Source of the DNA: a virus
Lineage: Duplodnaviria > Caudoviricetes
IMG/VR virus record: IMGVR_UViG_3300020414_001694
Span: 1-64,000 of that record
Length of the DNA stretch: 64,000 bases
Strand: one strand, 5' to 3'
How positions within the stretch are numbered: the first letter of the stretch is position 1; each line of letters opens with the position of its first letter. The position numbers and the translations under genes were made by a program. Positions 59,854 through 64,000 of the stretch are shown here, one piece after another. The notes under the pieces were generated by a model. That model was given only the letters and a program-made list of their open reading frames with translations, had not been told where the DNA came from and made no database searches.

Positions 59854-62268
59854 TTATCCACACTTGGCGTAACCACAAGACGTGCAAGTAGCGCAACCAT
59901 CTTGGTAAATCATTCCTTCATTACCACACTCTGGGCAGGTCTTGTCTGAGGAAACCTCTGAACCGTCTTGAATGTAGTTCTTCAAGATACGAGCAACACA
60001 TCGAGAAAAGGAGAACATTTCACTTTCCTTATCCTTTTGTAGTTGTTCTACCATAAACCTAACCTCTGCACCGTGACGAAGACCTAATGAAATCATTCTG
60101 GTGAAAGCAGAGTTGTTAGGATTATCAAATACCTTAACTACATCTTTAATAACACCATCATCACCGAAAGTCAAGTCATATCTGTTATCTTTTGTCTTAA
60201 AAGAATTTTTTCTTAAAGTGCCTGAAATGTGCTTCTTTGGAATCTCAATTAAACTAGATTCTCCACCGAGAACCTCGTAAGGTTTGCCGTCTAACTTACC
60301 AATAAGAATAGTCCAAGGTTTGCCCTGAATAGTTGTGTGGTGAATATCACACTCCAAGTCCTCTGGTCGTTTTGGCGCTGAACGCTGTGGAAAATCTTCT
60401 GTTTGAGTTTCCGTGTTCGTGACCAAAACACCTGAACGTGAACCATCAACATAAACCGTGATGCCCTTTAATCCTCGTTTCCAACCTTCTCGATAAAGTC
60501 TTTCAACAACTGCTGGTTCCGTGCCTGCTGGGAGATTGATAGTTGAAGAAATAGCATGGTCGATGTTATTCTGAATTGCTTCCTGAATTTCAACTCTCTT
60601 CATCCAGTCAATCTGGTCTGATTCAACAAAGAAGGCAGGAAGGGTTTGTCCTGGGTTTTGCGACAACCACTCCTGTGCGTTATGGTGAAATACTTCAAAG
60701 TTCTTCCAACCATCGCCCAATTCGTCCACGAAATCTGGAGTGACATTTACCTCATCATGAGATAACTTACGTCGTCGAATGTAAGAATTTCTAAATACTG
60801 GTTCCAGTCCTGAACTTGTCTGAGACATAATAGAGACTGAACCCGTTGGGGCATTCGTCAATATAGAAATGTTTCTTCTACCGTGAGTTGCCATCTGGTC
60901 TTGCATCTCCACTGGCAGTCTTTGAATAAAAGCGTTTCCACTTTCCTTACCCCAATTGAACACTGGGAAAGACCCTCTTTCTGTGGCAAGGTTGAGTGAT
61001 TCACCGTAAGCAGTGTTACGAAGTGTCTCGTAAATGACAGAAATGACCTTTAACCCGTCTTCCGAATCGTAAGCAAGATTTAAGCAAGCAAGAGCATCAG
61101 CGAGACCATGAGTCCCAAGACCAGTACGCCTTCCATTTGCCGCCGCTTGATGAAGTTTCTTCCAAAGAGTTACTTCGTCTGATGTATCCGCTACATCAAT
61201 AATCTTCTCTAACTTTTCTAACTCCAACTCAACCAAGTCGTCTGACAGACGCATTGCTGCTGAAACGGTTTCAGTAAACTTCTGGAAGTTGAATGTCGCC
61301 TGCTCTGTGAAAGCATTTTCAACAAAGTTCTTCAAGTTTACAGAGATAAGACGACAGGAGTCATAAGCAGAGAGTGGAATCTCCGCACAAGGGTTTGTGC
61401 AGATAGTAGCGTAACCCTCCTCCTTGTATTCGTTTGCTGGCAGGTTGTCACAGATGTTGTCCCACATGAGAATACCTGGTTCGGCGGTCTCTGTTGCTGA
61501 CTTTACAATCTGATTCCAGATGTCTCTCGCCTTAACTTCACGAGTAGTGTCAGGATTGTCCGAACCTACTGGAAATTGAAGTTCATAAGTCTCGTCTGCT
61601 TCAACTGCTTGCATAAAGTCATTAGTAATCTTTACTGAAACATTAGCACCTGTGACTTTCGTCAAGTCGTGTTTCATAGTGACAAATTGCTCGATATCTG
61701 GATGGCGAACATCCATAGAAATCATTAGAGCACCTCGTCTACCATTCTGTCCAATCATACGACAAACGTAAGAGTAGAAGTCAGCAAATGACCAAGCACC
61801 AGTCGTAGTGCCTGCTGAATTGTTTACAATTGCCCCATCTGGACGCAACTCGGATAAATCCAAACCTACGCCACATCTTCGCTTGAACAGGTTTGCCAAG
61901 TCTCTACCAGAATTAATAATAGAAGATACATTATCCTCTGGTGACGCAACTACTACGCAATTTGATAAGGAAACATTAACAAAATCATTGCCAATGCCCA
62001 TCATTGGCGAACCTTGTGGAACTATATGTTTAAAATTATCTAAATAATCATAAATCCTTGCCTCGGTTAAGGCACGAGGACCGCCGAACTTACTTTCAAT
62101 TCTCGCAAATTCTGATGCGAGTCTCTTATGCATGTCCCTTGGCGTAAGTTCCTGAAAGTTACCCTCCCTATCTTTCAGGCAATATTTCGTCATAAAGACG
62201 TTGGTGGCGAGTTCATCGCCTTGGAAGTAATCTAAGGTTGCCTTCCTAACCTGCTCTTCTGTATACAT
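59854..62268 (-). CDS. nrdJ: Class II (B12-dependent) ribonucleotide reductase
   Basis: PQGSP, SNC, GVGLD, RRGA.M, TNPCAEI, APTGS, KGITVY.DGSR, TSCPD-like domain, C-terminal CPEC...CTSCGYAKCG. Confidence 0.95.
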   Translation of the reverse strand: MYTEEQVRKATLDYFQGDELATNVFMTKYCLKDREGNFQELTPRDMHKRLASEFARIESKFGGPRALTEARIYDYLDNFKHIVPQGSPMMGIGNDFVNVSLSNCVVVASPEDNVSSIINSGRDLANLFKRRCGVGLDLSELRPDGAIVNNSAGTTTGAWSFADFYSYVCRMIGQNGRRGALMISMDVRHPDIEQFVTMKHDLTKVTGANVSVKITNDFMQAVEADETYELQFPVGSDNPDTTREVKARDIWNQIVKSATETAEPGILMWDNICDNLPANEYKEEGYATICTNPCAEIPLSAYDSCRLISVNLKNFVENAFTEQATFNFQKFTETVSAAMRLSDDLVELELEKLEKIIDVADTSDEVTLWKKLHQAAANGRRTGLGTHGLADALACLNLAYDSEDGLKVISVIYETLRNTAYGESLNLATERGSFPVFNWGKESGNAFIQRLPVEMQDQMATHGRRNISILTNAPTGSVSIMSQTSSGLEPVFRNSYIRRRKLSHDEVNVTPDFVDELGDGWKNFEVFHHNAQEWLSQNPGQTLPAFFVESDQIDWMKRVEIQEAIQNNIDHAISSTINLPAGTEPAVVERLYREGWKRGLKGITVYVDGSRSGVLVTNTETQTEDFPQRSAPKRPEDLECDIHHTTIQGKPWTILIGKLDGKPYEVLGGESSLIEIPKKHISGTLRKNSFKTKDNRYDLTFGDDGVIKDVVKVFDNPNNSAFTRMISLGLRHGAEVRFMVEQLQKDKESEMFSFSRCVARILKNYIQDGSEVSSDKTCPECGNEGMIYQDGCATCTSCGYAKCG

Positions 62269-63680
62269 TACGTGTTATTCTCCTTCTTCTTGTTCATGAT
62301 ACTTGTCCTGTGTTTTTTATATTTCTCTCTCAACGATTCCGCTTGTTGTTTAACAACATCGGAAGACTTCTGGGGTACCACACCCTGAAGATTTTGTGTG
62401 TTAGAAACTCTTATCCTAACGTTTTTTGTAGTCATGTGTATTGGAAAGGTTAATCCATCTGCCCCGTTCCGATTTTTTGCTATAAAAATCCTTCCAGAGT
62501 CTGTAACCTTGTCCTCATTATTTCTTGACAACGAAAATATGAAGTCAGCCACAAAGCATTTGTTGAATGCTTCGGAAATATGTTCTGTCGTGACGAGTTC
62601 TGCATTTTTACCTGACCTATTCGTTTGAGATGCTGTCCAGAGTGGACAACCGTAAATCTGTGCGATGCCTCGCATCTCTTCATAAATAGACTCTAGTTCG
62701 TTTCTCTTCTCTTTTTGTATGGAAACTGGACGCAATAAATCGCCATAGTCAACAATAACCATGCCAATCTCTTCTCCTCTGCGGACCAACTTTTCCAAGT
62801 GAGTCTTCAATGTATTTGTGGAAGCAGATTTCGTTGGATATTCCTTGACAATTAACTTACCTTCAATATCTTTTATCTTTCCAAGAATATAATCTTTGTT
62901 GTAAACAACCTTACCCAACTCAATTCCAGTCAAACAACTATCATACCTTCTCGCAACAACAGTATCAGCAAGTTCTAGGGTATAATGAACAACTGTCTTA
63001 CCTTGCTTTAATGCTTCTGCACCGAGGTGGACGAGTGCCATAGATTTACCAGCACCAGTCGGAGCGATGCAGACACCAAGTTCGCCAGAACCCAGTCCTC
63101 CACCTGTAATATTGTCAACTGGAACCCATCCCGTTCCAACTGGATTTCTCATGGTTATTTCAAATCTTTTCTCAAAGTCCTTCATATAGTCGTATCCGAC
63201 ATCATTACTAGAACCGAGTGTAATAGATTCTGTCATAATCTTTGCTATCTCATCAAATGAAGATGTCTTTACCAAGTCAACGCACTTCAACATTGCCTTC
63301 TTTACATTTTGCTTTCTACAAAACTCTAAGGAGGTATCTCTAATGTATGGAGCAGAAGTAAACTCAACTGGTGCTGCGGATAGTCGTGAGAAATAGTCTC
63401 TTATCTGCTTCTTTGACAAATCAGTCTCATTGTCCAGTTCTGCTCTCACGATGGTAAGCATTGTTTCCCTGCTCGGATGAGTACCATACTTTTCACGGTA
63501 ATTAAAGACGAGTTTCACGAAAGAACGGAGATATCCTAATTCTAGAAAGTCGTAATCAAACACTTCCATTATCTGGTCTGCGAAAACCCTGTCGTCTAAA
63601 ATAATTTGAACAAGTCCTTCTTGAAACTTTGTACCATAATGTGAAAAGTCTGTCTTTTCTTTCATTGCAGATGCCGCCAT
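62268..63680 (-). CDS. dnaB: DnaB-family replicative helicase (start MAASAM)
   Basis: APTGAGKS, YTLE, VDYGDL, TASQTNR, AKNRNG; SD AGGA. Confidence 0.93.
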   Translation of the reverse strand: MAASAMKEKTDFSHYGTKFQEGLVQIILDDRVFADQIMEVFDYDFLELGYLRSFVKLVFNYREKYGTHPSRETMLTIVRAELDNETDLSKKQIRDYFSRLSAAPVEFTSAPYIRDTSLEFCRKQNVKKAMLKCVDLVKTSSFDEIAKIMTESITLGSSNDVGYDYMKDFEKRFEITMRNPVGTGWVPVDNITGGGLGSGELGVCIAPTGAGKSMALVHLGAEALKQGKTVVHYTLELADTVVARRYDSCLTGIELGKVVYNKDYILGKIKDIEGKLIVKEYPTKSASTNTLKTHLEKLVRRGEEIGMVIVDYGDLLRPVSIQKEKRNELESIYEEMRGIAQIYGCPLWTASQTNRSGKNAELVTTEHISEAFNKCFVADFIFSLSRNNEDKVTDSGRIFIAKNRNGADGLTFPIHMTTKNVRIRVSNTQNLQGVVPQKSSDVVKQQAESLREKYKKHRTSIMNKKKENNT

Positions 63681-63714
63681 TTGATTTCCTATTGATTGTT
63701 GTAAGATGATAACA

Positions 63715-64000
63715 TTATTTATTAGAATTGTCAACACATATTCTTCTAAAGATAGCGTAGAGGTCAGTAAAGTTAACCGTACCAAATCCATCGTAAACCA
63801 TCATTTTATCAACCTCAGTTTTATTAAACTGAAACTCAAAATTGTTGAGTGCGTATTTTATTTTTTGTTTTCCCTGAATTGAAATAAGCGGAGAATAAAG
63901 TTGCATCATTTTGTAATTCTGCTCAATGACATCCTGATTATCCATAATTCCTTGATGAACCTTTAGTGGTTTTTCTACTTCCTCGCAAATATCCACAAGT
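63715..64000 (-). CDS. C-terminus of 5'-3' exonuclease/RNase H (T4 rnh-like), 5' end off window
   Basis: I..N...I..NY.MMQL..P pattern; position upstream of helicase. Confidence 0.6.
   Translation of the reverse strand, partial: LVDICEEVEKPLKVHQGIMDNQDVIEQNYKMMQLYSPLISIQGKQKIKYALNNFEFQFNKTEVDKMMVYDGFGTVNFTDLYAIFRRICVDNSNK

Noticed and set aside
62268-62300. Cobalamin riboswitch before nrdJ
   Set aside because: nrdJ start overlaps the helicase stop (TAATG), leaving no leader
193-63260. Plus-strand and nested ORFs of the six-frame track (except 25123-25785)
   Set aside because: They are antisense or off-frame shadows of well-supported minus-strand genes, with no SD or recognisable motifs
53274-63680. 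Inteins or introns in dnaE, nrdJ, dnaB, thyX
   Set aside because: Lengths are normal and catalytic motifs contiguous; no intein splice or homing-endonuclease motifs seen
1-64000. Stop-codon recoding (code 4 or 15)
   Set aside because: All conserved long genes are intact in code 11; TAA, TGA and TAG all end genes; no suppressor tRNA
1-64000. CRISPR array, DGR/retron reverse transcriptase, integrase, transposase
   Set aside because: No regularly spaced repeats and no RT, cas, integrase or transposase motifs seen; the 33- and 36-bp repeats are two-copy leader/coding duplications
1-64000. Bacterial chromosome origin of the window
   Set aside because: Housekeeping-like genes are isolated from their normal operons (groEL/groES split, iscU/iscA apart, no rRNA or ribosomal proteins) and interspersed with phage-type genes (DUF3310, endolysin, DsbA-like) under one-strand coding

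Overview
Gene-dense fragment of a large (jumbo-like) tailed dsDNA phage genome, roughly 40% GC by eye, standard genetic code 11. Almost every gene is on the minus strand; the only clear plus-strand gene is a J-domain protein. The left third is an accessory, early-like region driven by sigma70-type promoters. It holds a MoxR/VWA pair, a PiT-like transporter, zinc-knuckle proteins, many unannotated micro-ORFs and a tandem array of about 25 small paralogous SH3/KOW-like 'MKVGDLV' proteins. The rest of the window carries 4 tRNAs, nucleotide and sugar metabolism genes (tdk, glmS, purA, guaB-like, dut, thyX, nrdJ), replication genes (dnaE, dnaB, partial 5'-3' exonuclease), repair and DNA-modification genes (uvsE, a Dam-family MTase with Smr and PD-(D/E)xK neighbours), Fe-S/redox genes (iscA, iscU, rhodanese, glutaredoxin, DCC1), proteostasis genes (groEL, groES, Hsp20, J-domain, two clpP) and three candidate peptidoglycan hydrolases. 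A MopE-repeat/VWA lipoprotein and a CglF/GltF-like protein suggest a Myxococcota- or Bdellovibrionota-type host (inference). Best leads: (1) putative capsid-packaged polyproteins with shared helical linkers ending in L/I/V-x-E, carrying effector domains (ppGpp-hydrolase-like HD, ART-like, Zeta-like kinase, nuclease-like); (2) phage-borne myxobacterial gliding/adhesion-like surface proteins; (3) the SH3-like cassette array; (4) a HiPIP-like/IscU/10-Cys peptide cluster; (5) a ROSE-like RNA thermometer on hsp20; (6) apparent loss of GATC, AGCT, GGCC and CCGG sites. All family calls come from motif recognition by eye, not database searches.
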